Part shown: one piece after another, positions 1 through 10,850 of the stretch
Numbering within the stretch: the stretch's first letter is position 1
How the letters are laid out: each line of letters begins with the position of its first letter
Assembly: GCA_031291955.1 (NCBI GenBank)
Contig: JARLIA010000005.1
Coordinates: forward strand, 74,034 to 138,033
From: Minisyncoccota bacterium
GTDB lineage: Bacteria > Patescibacteriota > Minisyncoccia > Moranbacterales > UBA2206
Reading direction: 5' to 3'
DNA length: 64,000 nt
Position numbers and translations under genes: made by a program
Notes under the pieces: generated by a model
What the model saw: the letters and a program-made list of their open reading frames with translations, nothing else
Database searches by the model: none
What the model was told of the DNA's origin: nothing

Positions 1-239
1 AAAGCGGGGAAATAAATTCCGACGTGGCCGATAAGGAGGCGGTAATAGAAAAGCTAAGGGGAAAATATGCCGACGGAAAACTGGATACGCTCGACGGCAT
101 CCGGATCGATTATCCCGACTGGTGGTTTAATGTCCGCCCAAGTAACACCGAACCGAAACTGCGTCTTAATCTGGAAGCCAAGACCGAAAAATTGATGGCG
201 GAGAAAAGAGACGAAGTTTTGGCGATAATACGAAATTAA
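1..239 (+). CDS. Phosphomannomutase/phosphoglucomutase, C-terminal fragment; the gene starts upstream of the window
   Basis: The translation ends ...GIRIDYPDWWFNVRPSNTEPKLRLNLEAKT, which matches the conserved C-terminal domain motif (RPSNTEP) of alpha-D-phosphohexomutases. The reading frame is open to base 1. Confidence 0.6.
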   Translation, partial: SGEINSDVADKEAVIEKLRGKYADGKLDTLDGIRIDYPDWWFNVRPSNTEPKLRLNLEAKTEKLMAEKRDEVLAIIRN

Positions 240-273
240 AAAAATAGCCGTTTCTTTTTAAAGAAACAGCCGG

Positions 274-477
274 CTAGAGGTTGTTGTACACGAAATCCAG
301 TTCGTCTTGGATCTTTTCGGCCACTTTCGGCCAATGAGGTTTCAGATAATTTATAATACCCTCGAAGTTCCAGCCAAGGGCTTCGCCTTCTTCTAAAAAT
401 TTCTGATAGAAAGCCTCATCGTCCAAGTCCCAATAGCGAATACAAAAGAGTTTTATTTTTTCTGCCAGTGTTTGCAT
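274..477 (-). CDS. Hypothetical small protein (67 aa)
   Basis: A complete ORF lies in a gap between convergent genes. No motif was recognised. Confidence 0.3.
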   Translation of the reverse strand: MQTLAEKIKLFCIRYWDLDDEAFYQKFLEEGEALGWNFEGIINYLKPHWPKVAEKIQDELDFVYNNL

Positions 478-498
478 TTCGCATCCCTCTGAAAGATA

Positions 499-1485
499 CT
501 ACAGAACAAATCCGATTTTCTTTTTCACTTCCTCCATTTTGGCGGTCGCCAGCAGCCGGACTTTTTCGGCTCCGGCCCGCAAGATTTCCAGCACTTTTTC
601 GTCGTCGTATTCTTTGAGTTTTTTCTGGAACGGTTCCAAGAAAGCGATCGTCACATCGGCGAGACCGTTTTTGAATTCGGCGTAGCCTTTGCCGGCGTAT
701 TCTTTCTCAATCTCTTCCGGCTTTTTGTCGGCCAGCAAGGAATAAATATTGATCAGATTTTTCAGGGCCGGTTTCTCGTCGGAATAAACTATTTCCGAAC
801 CGGAATCGGTGACGGCTTTTTTGATTTTCCGCCGCACCGTTTCTTCGTCGTCGGTGAGCGCGATGTAATTATATTCGGATTTCGCCGATTTAGACATCTT
901 TTTGGTCGGGTCATCCAAGCCCATAATGTTGGCGCTTTCTTTGGTTGTGTAGCCTTTGGGAAGGATGAAAGTCTCGCCAAATTTATTATTAAACCGGCTG
1001 GCCAAATCTCTTGTCAGCTCAATGTGTTGCATTTGATCTTTGCCGACCGGAACTAAATTAGTATCATAAAGAATAATATCGGCCGCCATGAGTACGGGGT
1101 AGTCAAACAGCCCCATACTAATCTTTGATTTGTCCAGCTTTTCCGATTTATCCTTGAATTGCGTCATTCTTTCCATCTCGGGAATTTTGGTAATCGTATT
1201 TAAAATCCAAGCCAACTCGGTGTGTTCAGAAACGTGCGACTGGATGAAGATAGAACACTTGGACGGATCGATGCCGGCGGCCAGATATATTTTGGCGATT
1301 TCGATGGTTTTTTTCTTGAGGGCTTCCGGATCCTGGGGGACGGTGATGGCGTGGAGATCGACCACGCAAAAAATCGAGTCGTACTCGTCCTGGAGTTTGG
1401 CCCAATTTTTGATGGCGCCCAAATAGTTGCCTAAATGCAGGTTGCCACTCGGCTGGATGCCGGAAAAGATGCGAGGTTTATTCAT
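499..1485 (-). CDS. trpS: Tryptophanyl-tRNA synthetase
   Basis: It is a class I aaRS. The HIGH-like motif (GNLHLGNY) and KMSKS are present. N-terminal MNKPRIFSGIQPSG is typical of TrpRS. I placed the start at the internal ATG (M37 of the listed ORF). Confidence 0.9.
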   Translation of the reverse strand: MNKPRIFSGIQPSGNLHLGNYLGAIKNWAKLQDEYDSIFCVVDLHAITVPQDPEALKKKTIEIAKIYLAAGIDPSKCSIFIQSHVSEHTELAWILNTITKIPEMERMTQFKDKSEKLDKSKISMGLFDYPVLMAADIILYDTNLVPVGKDQMQHIELTRDLASRFNNKFGETFILPKGYTTKESANIMGLDDPTKKMSKSAKSEYNYIALTDDEETVRRKIKKAVTDSGSEIVYSDEKPALKNLINIYSLLADKKPEEIEKEYAGKGYAEFKNGLADVTIAFLEPFQKKLKEYDDEKVLEILRAGAEKVRLLATAKMEEVKKKIGFVL

Positions 1486-1490
1486 ATAGC

Positions 1491-1523
1491 AAGTATAAAG
1501 TATCAAGTATAAAGTATCAAGTA
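1491..1523. repeat. Tandem 14-mer (AAGTATAAAGTATC x2.3) in the divergent trpS/pilin promoter region
   Basis: A direct tandem repeat is visible at 1491-1523. Confidence 0.5.
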
Positions 1524-1616
1524 GAGACGGCGATTCATCGCGCTGTCCGCCGTATCTTGTGTGGAACGGTTTTTTGGAATAGAATAAAAGCATAAATCAA
1601 AACATCAAATCCGGCC

Positions 1617-2099
1617 ATGCAAAATAAAAACAAAAAAGGATTCACCTTGATAGAAATTTTGACAATCGTGGCCATAATTTCTATTTTGGTGTCGATGATT
1701 TTGGTCAGCATCTATGGAGCCAAAGTCAAGGCGGGGGACAACGCCGCTTTTACCAGCATTCAGTCTTCGGCTTCGGCCGCCTACATGTGTCTTTTGGCTG
1801 AATCGTCAGGAGTTAGTCTGACTGTACCACATGACGCGTCTTCGCCCGATGTTTGTTCTGTGGGCGGTTCGTCGTCATGGCCGCCACTGACCAAGGATAG
1901 TTGGCACTACGATGTTTCCGGAAGCGACGGTTTTTTCTGGTGTTCTATAAATGGAAGCAACCCGCCAAATACTTGCAGTTCTCCCGGATCGGGCGGTTGC
2001 GGTTACGTGGCTACGAGTGGCACTTTTTGCTATATTCTGCAAAATGGAACCAAAAAAATGTGGTGCACGGTTGACGGCTGCCGCAAGACGGGATTTTAA
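1617..2099 (+). CDS. Type IV pilin / prepilin-type N-terminal cleavage-methylation domain protein. At 160 aa it is the candidate major pilin. The C-terminus is Cys-rich.
   Basis: MQNKNKKGFTLIEILTIVAIISILV is the class III signal peptide motif (G/FTLIE), followed by a hydrophobic helix. Confidence 0.75.
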   Translation: MQNKNKKGFTLIEILTIVAIISILVSMILVSIYGAKVKAGDNAAFTSIQSSASAAYMCLLAESSGVSLTVPHDASSPDVCSVGGSSSWPPLTKDSWHYDVSGSDGFFWCSINGSNPPNTCSSPGSGGCGYVATSGTFCYILQNGTKKMWCTVDGCRKTGF

Positions 2100-2130
2100 A
2101 ATATATTTCTTTTGGGTGAAAAGAAAAAAA

Positions 2131-2150
2131 CGGACTTAGTCCGTTTTTCT
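2131..2150. terminator. Bidirectional rho-independent terminator between convergent genes
   Basis: A perfect hairpin AAACGGAC-TTA-GTCCGTTT is flanked by an A-run and a T-run. Confidence 0.5.
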
Positions 2151-2156
2151 TTTTAT

Positions 2157-2981
2157 TTATTTGCAAGGTTGGGTGAGGATGGGCATGGCGCCGCCGGAAC
2201 AGTGGGGAGGAAATTTTTTGATAACCTGTCTGGTTTGGATCCCTTGGTTGCAAGTGTTCCAATTGCTGTAGGCAAAATTCTGACACTCAAGCGGGACGTA
2301 GTCGCTGCTTTCCGGGCCGCAACTGACTTGGTTTTTGGTAACAAAAATCAGAGCGATAACCAAGAGAACGACAGCAACGAGACCCAAAAAGGTCAGACCT
2401 TTCCAGGTGCGCACCTTTTTCCGGCTGGCCACCACCACTCCGTTTTGCCAAAAGTTTCCCAGCTCGCCCGCGATCTTGTCAATCTCTCGGTCCGAGTCCT
2501 CCTTGAGGCGGGTTTCCATTTGACGGGAACCTTTTCGGACCGTTCCTAAATAATCGGCCAGCGTTACGATGCCGACAATATTTTTCTCGCTATCCACGAC
2601 CGGAAAAGTAGTGAACTTGGTTTCTTTGACTTTGTCCATCAGTGTTGCCACGTCGTCTTCAACTGAAAGCGTCAAAGGATTGGCAGTCATAATGTCTTCG
2701 GCTTTGGCCGTGGCAAGAGTTTCGATCTTTTTTTTCAAATCACTCGGCAAGTGCTCGGCCACTTGGCTTTCTTCCAAGAATTTCAGATAGGTTGGGAAAT
2801 ATATGTCGTCAAATTTCTTGAGGAAGAAGTCGTCTTCGGTGATAAGGCCGACCACTTTTTTTCCTTCTGTTACCGGCACGCCATGGAAGCGATTGGTGAA
2901 CATCAGATCGGAAACTTTGGCAATAGCGGTTTCCGGCGAAACGGTGACGACGTCCCTGGTCATTATGTCTTTTATTTGCAT
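2157..2981 (-). CDS. Tandem-CBS-domain protein with a C-terminal TM segment and a Cys-rich extracytoplasmic tail
   Basis: A CBS pair is present (DIMTRDVVTV..., IMTANPLTLSVEDDV...). A hydrophobic stretch LTFLGLVAVVLLVIALIFV follows, then a 60-aa tail containing eight Cys. Confidence 0.7.
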   Translation of the reverse strand: MQIKDIMTRDVVTVSPETAIAKVSDLMFTNRFHGVPVTEGKKVVGLITEDDFFLKKFDDIYFPTYLKFLEESQVAEHLPSDLKKKIETLATAKAEDIMTANPLTLSVEDDVATLMDKVKETKFTTFPVVDSEKNIVGIVTLADYLGTVRKGSRQMETRLKEDSDREIDKIAGELGNFWQNGVVVASRKKVRTWKGLTFLGLVAVVLLVIALIFVTKNQVSCGPESSDYVPLECQNFAYSNWNTCNQGIQTRQVIKKFPPHCSGGAMPILTQPCK

Positions 2982-3115
2982 ATTTTTTATTTTGGTACAG
3001 TGACTTAGTCTTTGTTAAATTATAGCAAAAATGAGACAGTAGGACAAATGACTGTTTTTGTGCTAGACTTTATCAGCTGGCCGGAAGGCTTATTTAATTT
3101 TTTAAAAATGAAATT

Positions 3116-3469
3116 ATGCGAGACATCCAAGAAGTTTATAATGAACTGCAGGAGAACAAAAAAGAGCAGAAAAGCATCAAGCGCGAATACAAGGACGCCT
3201 TGGTCAATGCCAACGAATATGAAGAGACGGTCGAGGAGACGAAAAAACTGCGCGAAAAGAAAAAGCAGATCGAGACTATGACTCAATCCCGTCTCGGTGC
3301 CCGCTGGGACGAATTCGAAACACTGAAAGCCAAGGCTGATGAACTGGCCCAAATGATGACCGATATCGCCATGAGCAATTTGGCTGAAGGCAAAACCATC
3401 GCCGTGAAAGACCAATTTGGGAATGACTATGAGCCGGTGTATAAAATTTCTTTCAAGAAGATCGGGTAA
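3116..3469 (+). CDS. Hypothetical charged, coiled-coil small protein (117 aa)
   Basis: It is a complete ORF in a clean intergenic context and is followed by a hairpin terminator. Confidence 0.45.
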   Translation: MRDIQEVYNELQENKKEQKSIKREYKDALVNANEYEETVEETKKLREKKKQIETMTQSRLGARWDEFETLKAKADELAQMMTDIAMSNLAEGKTIAVKDQFGNDYEPVYKISFKKIG

Positions 3470-3587
3470 CTCGGAATCATGGAGCGTGGAACAAAAACAC
3501 TACAGGGGGTAGTGTTTTTTGTTTGGGTGCATATTGAGTAGAGGCCTCTATGGAAGCCTCTATCTTTTAAAATAAAAAAAGTCCAGG

Positions 3588-3612
3588 CGAGACGCGACGC
3601 CTGGACTTTGTG
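3588..3612. terminator. Hairpin terminator (GTCCAGGCG...CGCCTGGAC) between convergent ORFs
   Basis: An inverted repeat with a T/A-rich flank is seen in sequence. Confidence 0.45.
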
Positions 3613-3629
3613 GGAAGGGATAAAACTTT

Positions 3630-3818
3630 TTATCGAACCCAAATTCGCGGAATGACACGTGGACCATCTTCTTTGAGTTTGGCCCGTAAAATTGCATCCT
3701 CTTTGGGATCGAGTTTCAAAATAGATTCTAAAGAACTGTCTTCTGCGAGTAAAAACCGCTTTCCTTTTGGGTCAAACTTTTTTATTGCTCGCTCTAATTC
3801 TTCATCTGTTACAGTCAT
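3630..3818 (-). CDS. Hypothetical small protein (62 aa)
   Basis: ORF only. Confidence 0.3.
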   Translation of the reverse strand: MTVTDEELERAIKKFDPKGKRFLLAEDSSLESILKLDPKEDAILRAKLKEDGPRVIPRIWVR

Positions 3819-3854
3819 GGCAGATCTCCTGTCTTTGGCATAATATATAGTATT

Positions 3855-5654
3855 TTACACTTCGATCACCACTGGCAGAACCATCGGTCGCCGCTCCGTC
3901 TTTTGGAAAAGGTAGAGGCCGACAACTTCGCGGATTTTGTCTTCGATGAATTTCTTTTCGACAGAAGTGTTCTTGGAAGTTGTTTCTTTGATGGCCTTTT
4001 GGATCTTGCGTTTGGCTTCGTTCACCAGGTCGAAGTTATCCTTGACGTAGATGAAGCCGCGGGAAGTGACTTGGATGTTGCCGACCACTTTTTTGGTCTT
4101 GCTGTCCAGAAGGATGGTGATGACAAACATTCCGTCTTCGGAAAGGACTTGGCGGTCGCGGAGAACCACCTGGCCGATGTCGCCGATGCCCAGTCCATCG
4201 ACAAAGACGTAGCTCGTGTCGACTTTTTTAGCCAGCACCCGGGCCACGCCCCGTTGTATTTCCAAAACATTTCCATTATCCAAAACGAAAATATTTTCCT
4301 TCCGAAAGCCGATATGTTCGGCCAGTTTGGCGGCCTCTTTCAGCATATAGTGGTTGGCGTAGACCGGTACGAAAATGTCCGGGCGGACCTGGCGCAGCAT
4401 CTCCTCGATATCCGGGGCGCTACAGTGTCCGCTGGTGTGGAGATCCATCAGATTGCCGTGGATGACATTGTCGCATTTCCGGTAAAGGTTGTCTTTCAGC
4501 CGTTGGATGGTGCGTTCGTTGCCTGGAATGACGGAAGAAGAGAAAATTATTGTGTCGGTCTTTTTTATTTTGACGTGGCGATCATTGTCGGTGATGATCC
4601 GGGAAAGCGCGGCGTTATCTTCACCCTGCGCTCCGGTGCAAATGACCACGATCCGGTTTTCCGGAAACTTTCCGATCTCGGAAACCGGAATGAGCGTCTC
4701 TTTATGCGCCTTGATATAGCCCAGGCTTTTGGCGATCTCCACGTTCATCTTCATGCTATATCCCATAAGCGCCACCTTCTTGCCGATTTTTTCGGAGTAT
4801 TCCAGGATATGCCCGATCCTTTTGATCTGGGAAGAAAACGTGCCGATAATGATTTTTCCGGAAGCGGCGCTGATCAGTTTTTCCAAATTGCGATACATCT
4901 CCGCTTCAGTGGTGCGGTTGGGATTGGTAACGATGGCGCCCAAGCTCTCCAGCATCAGGATGCGCGGACTGGGAAGTCCTGTCAGGTGATGATAGGAAAT
5001 CGTTTTGCCCGAAGCGCTGTCTTTTTCCATTGTCCAGTCCCCGGGATGAATGACCGTTCCATCGGGAGTGCGGATGATCACGCCGACCGCGTCCATGATG
5101 GAATGCTCGACTTCAAAGAACGAAATTTCAAATTTGCCCAAGCGTATTTTGTCATCGGCCGAAGCGACTCGTCTGGTTTTGAGATTTTGAGATGAACCTT
5201 TTTCAAAATCTTCCATCCTTCTTTTTACCATGGCGATAGTCAGGTCGCGGCCGATGATCGGCGGATAGCCCAAGCTCTTGAGCAGGATCGGCGCCGCGCC
5301 GATGTGGTCAAGATGGCCGTGGCTCAAGATGACGCCGCGGATGTTTTTTTCTTTCCCTTTCAGATAGCTGATATTGGGAATGATGTAGTCGATACCGGGC
5401 ATGTCTTCCTCAGGGAATTGGATGCCCATATCTAAAATCACGATATCTCCGGCGTATTCGAAGACCGTCATGTTGCGGCCGACTTCCTCGTTTCCTCCCA
5501 AGGGGATGATGCGCAAAGTATCTCTGGTCGAGCCATGTGCTGGACGTCGAGAAGGGGATGATTGTGATTTGGTTGGCTTATTATCAGTCGCGGGAATTGC
5601 GTCCATGTTGTGTGTCCGGCCATAATGGTCAGGTCTGTTTTTTGGCTTATGCAT
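3855..5654 (-). CDS. rnj: Ribonuclease J (metallo-beta-lactamase / beta-CASP family)
   Basis: Motifs present: HGHLDHIG, RIIPLGGNEEVGRNMTV, and the C-terminal VLPVVIEV. There is an N-terminal extension of about 45 aa. Confidence 0.9.
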   Translation of the reverse strand: MHKPKNRPDHYGRTHNMDAIPATDNKPTKSQSSPSRRPAHGSTRDTLRIIPLGGNEEVGRNMTVFEYAGDIVILDMGIQFPEEDMPGIDYIIPNISYLKGKEKNIRGVILSHGHLDHIGAAPILLKSLGYPPIIGRDLTIAMVKRRMEDFEKGSSQNLKTRRVASADDKIRLGKFEISFFEVEHSIMDAVGVIIRTPDGTVIHPGDWTMEKDSASGKTISYHHLTGLPSPRILMLESLGAIVTNPNRTTEAEMYRNLEKLISAASGKIIIGTFSSQIKRIGHILEYSEKIGKKVALMGYSMKMNVEIAKSLGYIKAHKETLIPVSEIGKFPENRIVVICTGAQGEDNAALSRIITDNDRHVKIKKTDTIIFSSSVIPGNERTIQRLKDNLYRKCDNVIHGNLMDLHTSGHCSAPDIEEMLRQVRPDIFVPVYANHYMLKEAAKLAEHIGFRKENIFVLDNGNVLEIQRGVARVLAKKVDTSYVFVDGLGIGDIGQVVLRDRQVLSEDGMFVITILLDSKTKKVVGNIQVTSRGFIYVKDNFDLVNEAKRKIQKAIKETTSKNTSVEKKFIEDKIREVVGLYLFQKTERRPMVLPVVIEV

Positions 5655-5691
5655 AGTTAGGTAATAATTTTTTAATTTAAAATTTTATTTG

Positions 5692-7506
5692 TTAAACTTC
5701 TATTACAACCGGCAGAATCATGGGTCTTCTTTCCGTTTTTTGGTAGAGATATTGGCCGACGACTTCCCGGATGTTGTTTTTGACGTAGTCCCAGTTGACG
5801 GCTTGGTCGGGAGAAGTTTTTTGGGCCACTACTTCTTCGACTTTTTTCTTGGTGGCGTTCACGAGATCAAAGTTTTCTTTCACAAAAATAAATCCGCGAG
5901 AAGTGACTTGAGGTTTCCCGATGATCTTTTTCGTTTTGCTGTCGATAACCACGGTGATGACAAACATCCCGTCTTTGGCCAGGAGCTGGCGGTCGCGCAG
6001 CACTACTTGTCCCACGTCGCCCACTCCCAGTCCGTCCACCATGACGTTGGAAAGCGGAATTTTTTCGTTGGTCACCTTGCCGTTGCTGCGATAATCTAAT
6101 TCGATGACCCGGCCGTTTTCGCCAATGAGAATTTTGTCTTCTTTCATTCCGACCGCGAGTCCCAGTTCGCCGTGGAGTTTCAGCATGAAATAGTTGCCAT
6201 GGACGGGAATCAAGTATTTCGGCCGGATGAGATTGATCATCATCTTGAGATCTTCCTGGCGCGCGTGACCGCCAGCGTGGACATCCATCATTTTATAGTT
6301 GATGACTTTGGCGTCGTGGCGATAGATCGTGTCCATAATTCCTTGGACCGTCCGTTCATTTCCCGGAATGACCGAAGACGAAAGGACGAAGGTGTCATTT
6401 TTGTGGACTTTTACGAACCGGTGTTCGCCATTGACGATCCGCATGAGGACCGCATTGGATTCGCCTTGCGAGCCGGTGCAGAGAATGGCCACTTTGTTGT
6501 CGGGATATTCATTGACTTTGGAAATAGGAATGAACGTATTCTTTTTAGTCTGGAGATATCCGAGCGAGCGGGCGATTTCTACATTGGTTTTCATGGAATA
6601 GCCGTCCACGGCCACTTTTCGGCCGTGTTTTTCGGCGGCCGCTACCACCGATTGGATGCGGCTAATGAGCGAGGAGAAGGTGGCAAAAATAAGGCGCCCC
6701 TCCCGGGTCTGTTCAAAGATCTCATCCAGGGTTTTGGCAATCTTGGATTCGGACAGGGAATATCCGGGTGTGCGCGAATCGGTCGAGTCGCTCATGAGGG
6801 CTAGGACATTTTCGCTGCCGAGCCGGGCGATCTTGGCCACGTCGGCCGGTGCGTCAGAGATGGGGGAATGATCGAACTTGAAATCACCAGTGTGGACCAC
6901 GGTGCCGACCGGCGTAGTGATGGCCAGGCCCACCGCGTCGGGGATGGTATGGTTGACGTGGAAAAATTCTATGGAAAACGACCCGAGCCGGATGCGGTCG
7001 ATTTTTTTGACGGTGTGAATATTGAGCGGAGCCTTGTCTTGGTAATCCTCTTGGCGTTTCATAACGATGCCGCGGGTCAGTTCGGTCATATAGATCGGAG
7101 GATTGCCGAGTTTTTCCATCAGGTGCGGAATGGCGCCGATGTGGTCATAGTGTCCATGGGTGATTAAAACGCCGCGGATGTTATTTTCTTTGCCTTTCAA
7201 GTACGTTACGTCCGGGATGAGATAATCGATGCCGGGCATGTCCTCGTCCGGGAATTGCAGTCCCATGTCGACGATGATGATGTCCTGGCCATACTCAAAA
7301 ACGGTCATATTGCGGCCAATCTCCTCGAGGCCACCGAGCGGAATGATCCGGAGACTAGGGTTGCCACGGCCAAAAACGTGCGCCGCTGGCTTTCTCTGGG
7401 CGATGACGCCGGTTTTTATGACCGGGGCAACAGCTAAACCAGTCTGGCCAAAGTCGGCCGGTTCCTTCGGTTTTCTGAACATAAATTTGGAAGTGAAGTT
7501 GCTCAT
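5692..7506 (-). CDS. rnj: Ribonuclease J, second paralog in tandem
   Basis: Motifs present: HGHYDHIG, RIIPLGGLEEIGRNMTV, and the same C-terminal ...ILPVVIEV. The listed ORF begins with TTG, so I placed the start at the first in-frame ATG. Confidence 0.9.
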   Translation of the reverse strand: MSNFTSKFMFRKPKEPADFGQTGLAVAPVIKTGVIAQRKPAAHVFGRGNPSLRIIPLGGLEEIGRNMTVFEYGQDIIIVDMGLQFPDEDMPGIDYLIPDVTYLKGKENNIRGVLITHGHYDHIGAIPHLMEKLGNPPIYMTELTRGIVMKRQEDYQDKAPLNIHTVKKIDRIRLGSFSIEFFHVNHTIPDAVGLAITTPVGTVVHTGDFKFDHSPISDAPADVAKIARLGSENVLALMSDSTDSRTPGYSLSESKIAKTLDEIFEQTREGRLIFATFSSLISRIQSVVAAAEKHGRKVAVDGYSMKTNVEIARSLGYLQTKKNTFIPISKVNEYPDNKVAILCTGSQGESNAVLMRIVNGEHRFVKVHKNDTFVLSSSVIPGNERTVQGIMDTIYRHDAKVINYKMMDVHAGGHARQEDLKMMINLIRPKYLIPVHGNYFMLKLHGELGLAVGMKEDKILIGENGRVIELDYRSNGKVTNEKIPLSNVMVDGLGVGDVGQVVLRDRQLLAKDGMFVITVVIDSKTKKIIGKPQVTSRGFIFVKENFDLVNATKKKVEEVVAQKTSPDQAVNWDYVKNNIREVVGQYLYQKTERRPMILPVVIEV

Positions 7507-7867
7507 AACGAGCAAACTTTGTTAGTTGCTGCGAATTGAAAATAATACGCGGCAATTTTGATTAAAGACTTTATTAATTCAAATCAAGCTATGATTTTTG
7601 AAGCAAAAGATTCAGAAATATTTTCCGAATTGAAGTGAAATAAAAAAAGTGGCGCCTTGATGAAGAGTTGAACTTCAAAGCCAAAAACTATTTTTTGACT
7701 ACTAACCTGTAAGGCAAAAGATTTTGCGAATAATACAAATAATACTAAAGAAGAAAACAAAAAGAAGACAAAAAGCGAAAGACGGAAGAAGAAGCTGATG
7801 AAGCTATTGTATCACAAGAGTATACACGAGGACAGGGAGAAAGTCAAGTCAAGTAGGATAATCAGGC

Positions 7868-9259
7868 TTATTTAGAGGTTTTTTTGTCCCGGTTGTAGAC
7901 GTCTTCATAGCGGATAATGTCATCTTCGCCCAGGTAGCTTCCGGTTTGGACTTCGATGATTTCCAGATTTATTTTGCCGGGGTTGCTGAGGCGATGTTTG
8001 TTGCCCATCGGAATAAAAGTACTTTCGTTTTCATGGAGGGTGATTTCTTTTTCACCGTTGACGATTTGGGCCGTCCCATAGACCACGATCCAGTGTTCGG
8101 CCCGGTGATTGTGGGACTGCAGGCTCAATTTGGCGCCGGGGTAAACCGTGATTTTTTTCACCTGGTGCTGCGAGCCGGCGATCAAGACTTCATATTTCCC
8201 CCAGGGGCGGTGGACGATGATGTTATGCTCCAGTTCCGGCATCTTGTTTTCCTTGAGATAATCAACTATCTTTTTGACGTCCTGGCCGCAGCCTTTCCGG
8301 TGGACCAGGATGCTGTCGGTGTTTTCCACAATAACCAAGTCTTTCACGCCAACGGTGGCAATCAGTTTGTTGCCGGCCGAAAGGGCGTAGATGTTGTCGG
8401 AATCGACGGCGACAGTGCGGGTGCGGTTGTCTTTGCCTTGGATCTCGCTCAAGTTTTCGAACGAGCCGATGTCGCTCCAACCGAAGTTGCCTTCAAAAAC
8501 GACCATGGTTGTAGATTTTTCACTGATAGCGTAGTCGATGGAAGTGGACGGAAGGTTAGAAAAATTTTTAAGCAGTTCAGAGAGACTTCCTGCGGCAATT
8601 TTGGAAATTTCCGGCGCGTGAAGAGCCAGTTCCCGCCAGAAGGCGGCCGGTGTAAAGAGATACATCCCGCCGTTCCAGACGTAAGCGCCCGAGGCTAAAT
8701 ATTTTTCGGCCGTTTCCTTATCTGGTTTTTCGGAAAAACCGGAAACAGTGGAATAGGCACCCTTGTCTTGGTCTTTTTTAATGTAACCGTAGCCGGTTTC
8801 CGGTCGGGTGGGCGTGATGCCGATGGTGCCGATGTTGGCGCCGACGTTTTCAAAGGCGTTTTTTAGGACGGCTAGATATTTCTCCCGATCGCCGATGTAG
8901 TGGTCGGAAGGCAAAAATGCGATCGGTTCGTTTTTCCCGACGCCGAATTTTTCTTCCATATATTTAACAGCGAGCGTGATAGCCGGCGCGGTATTGAGGC
9001 TTTCTGGTTCCACGATGATTTGCGTTTCGTTGAAATCTCCGTTTTCCATTTCCTTGATCTGGTTGGCCACATTGAAAAAACTTTCGTAATTAGTGATGAA
9101 AAAAATGTGGTCGGCCGGCATGAGAGCCCGCATCCGGGAGTATGTTTCCTGGATGAGTGAACGATCGCTGAAAAGGTCGAGGAATTGCTTGGGGAAATTT
9201 TTTCGGGAAAGCGGCCAGAGGCGCGAGCCCGATCCGCCGCAAAGAATGACGCTATACAT
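7868..9259 (-). CDS. manC: Mannose-1-phosphate guanylyltransferase / mannose-6-phosphate isomerase (bifunctional, type II PMI cupin C-terminus)
   Basis: MYSVILCGGSGSRLWPLSRKNFPKQF is the nucleotidyltransferase signature. A cupin domain with HxH occurs near the C-terminus. Confidence 0.85.
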   Translation of the reverse strand: MYSVILCGGSGSRLWPLSRKNFPKQFLDLFSDRSLIQETYSRMRALMPADHIFFITNYESFFNVANQIKEMENGDFNETQIIVEPESLNTAPAITLAVKYMEEKFGVGKNEPIAFLPSDHYIGDREKYLAVLKNAFENVGANIGTIGITPTRPETGYGYIKKDQDKGAYSTVSGFSEKPDKETAEKYLASGAYVWNGGMYLFTPAAFWRELALHAPEISKIAAGSLSELLKNFSNLPSTSIDYAISEKSTTMVVFEGNFGWSDIGSFENLSEIQGKDNRTRTVAVDSDNIYALSAGNKLIATVGVKDLVIVENTDSILVHRKGCGQDVKKIVDYLKENKMPELEHNIIVHRPWGKYEVLIAGSQHQVKKITVYPGAKLSLQSHNHRAEHWIVVYGTAQIVNGEKEITLHENESTFIPMGNKHRLSNPGKINLEIIEVQTGSYLGEDDIIRYEDVYNRDKKTSK

Positions 9260-9279
9260 ATCGATAAATTTATTTGTTA

Positions 9280-10839
<1,560 letters not shown>

Positions 10840-10850
10840 TTACTTAGCCT

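Noticed and set aside
2112-2549. A 145-aa plus-strand ORF
   Set aside because: It overlaps the 3' half of the CBS-domain gene on the opposite strand and begins inside the convergent terminator.
3903-5195. A 430-aa ORF on the plus strand
   Set aside because: It lies entirely antisense to the strongly supported RNase J gene. Its composition is low-complexity (D/V/F-rich), typical of antisense frames.
7516-7867. A possible CRISPR array or ncRNA in the 350-nt purine-rich gap
   Set aside because: No direct repeats of CRISPR size and spacing are present. It is more simply a long leader and promoter region for the upstream RNase J gene.
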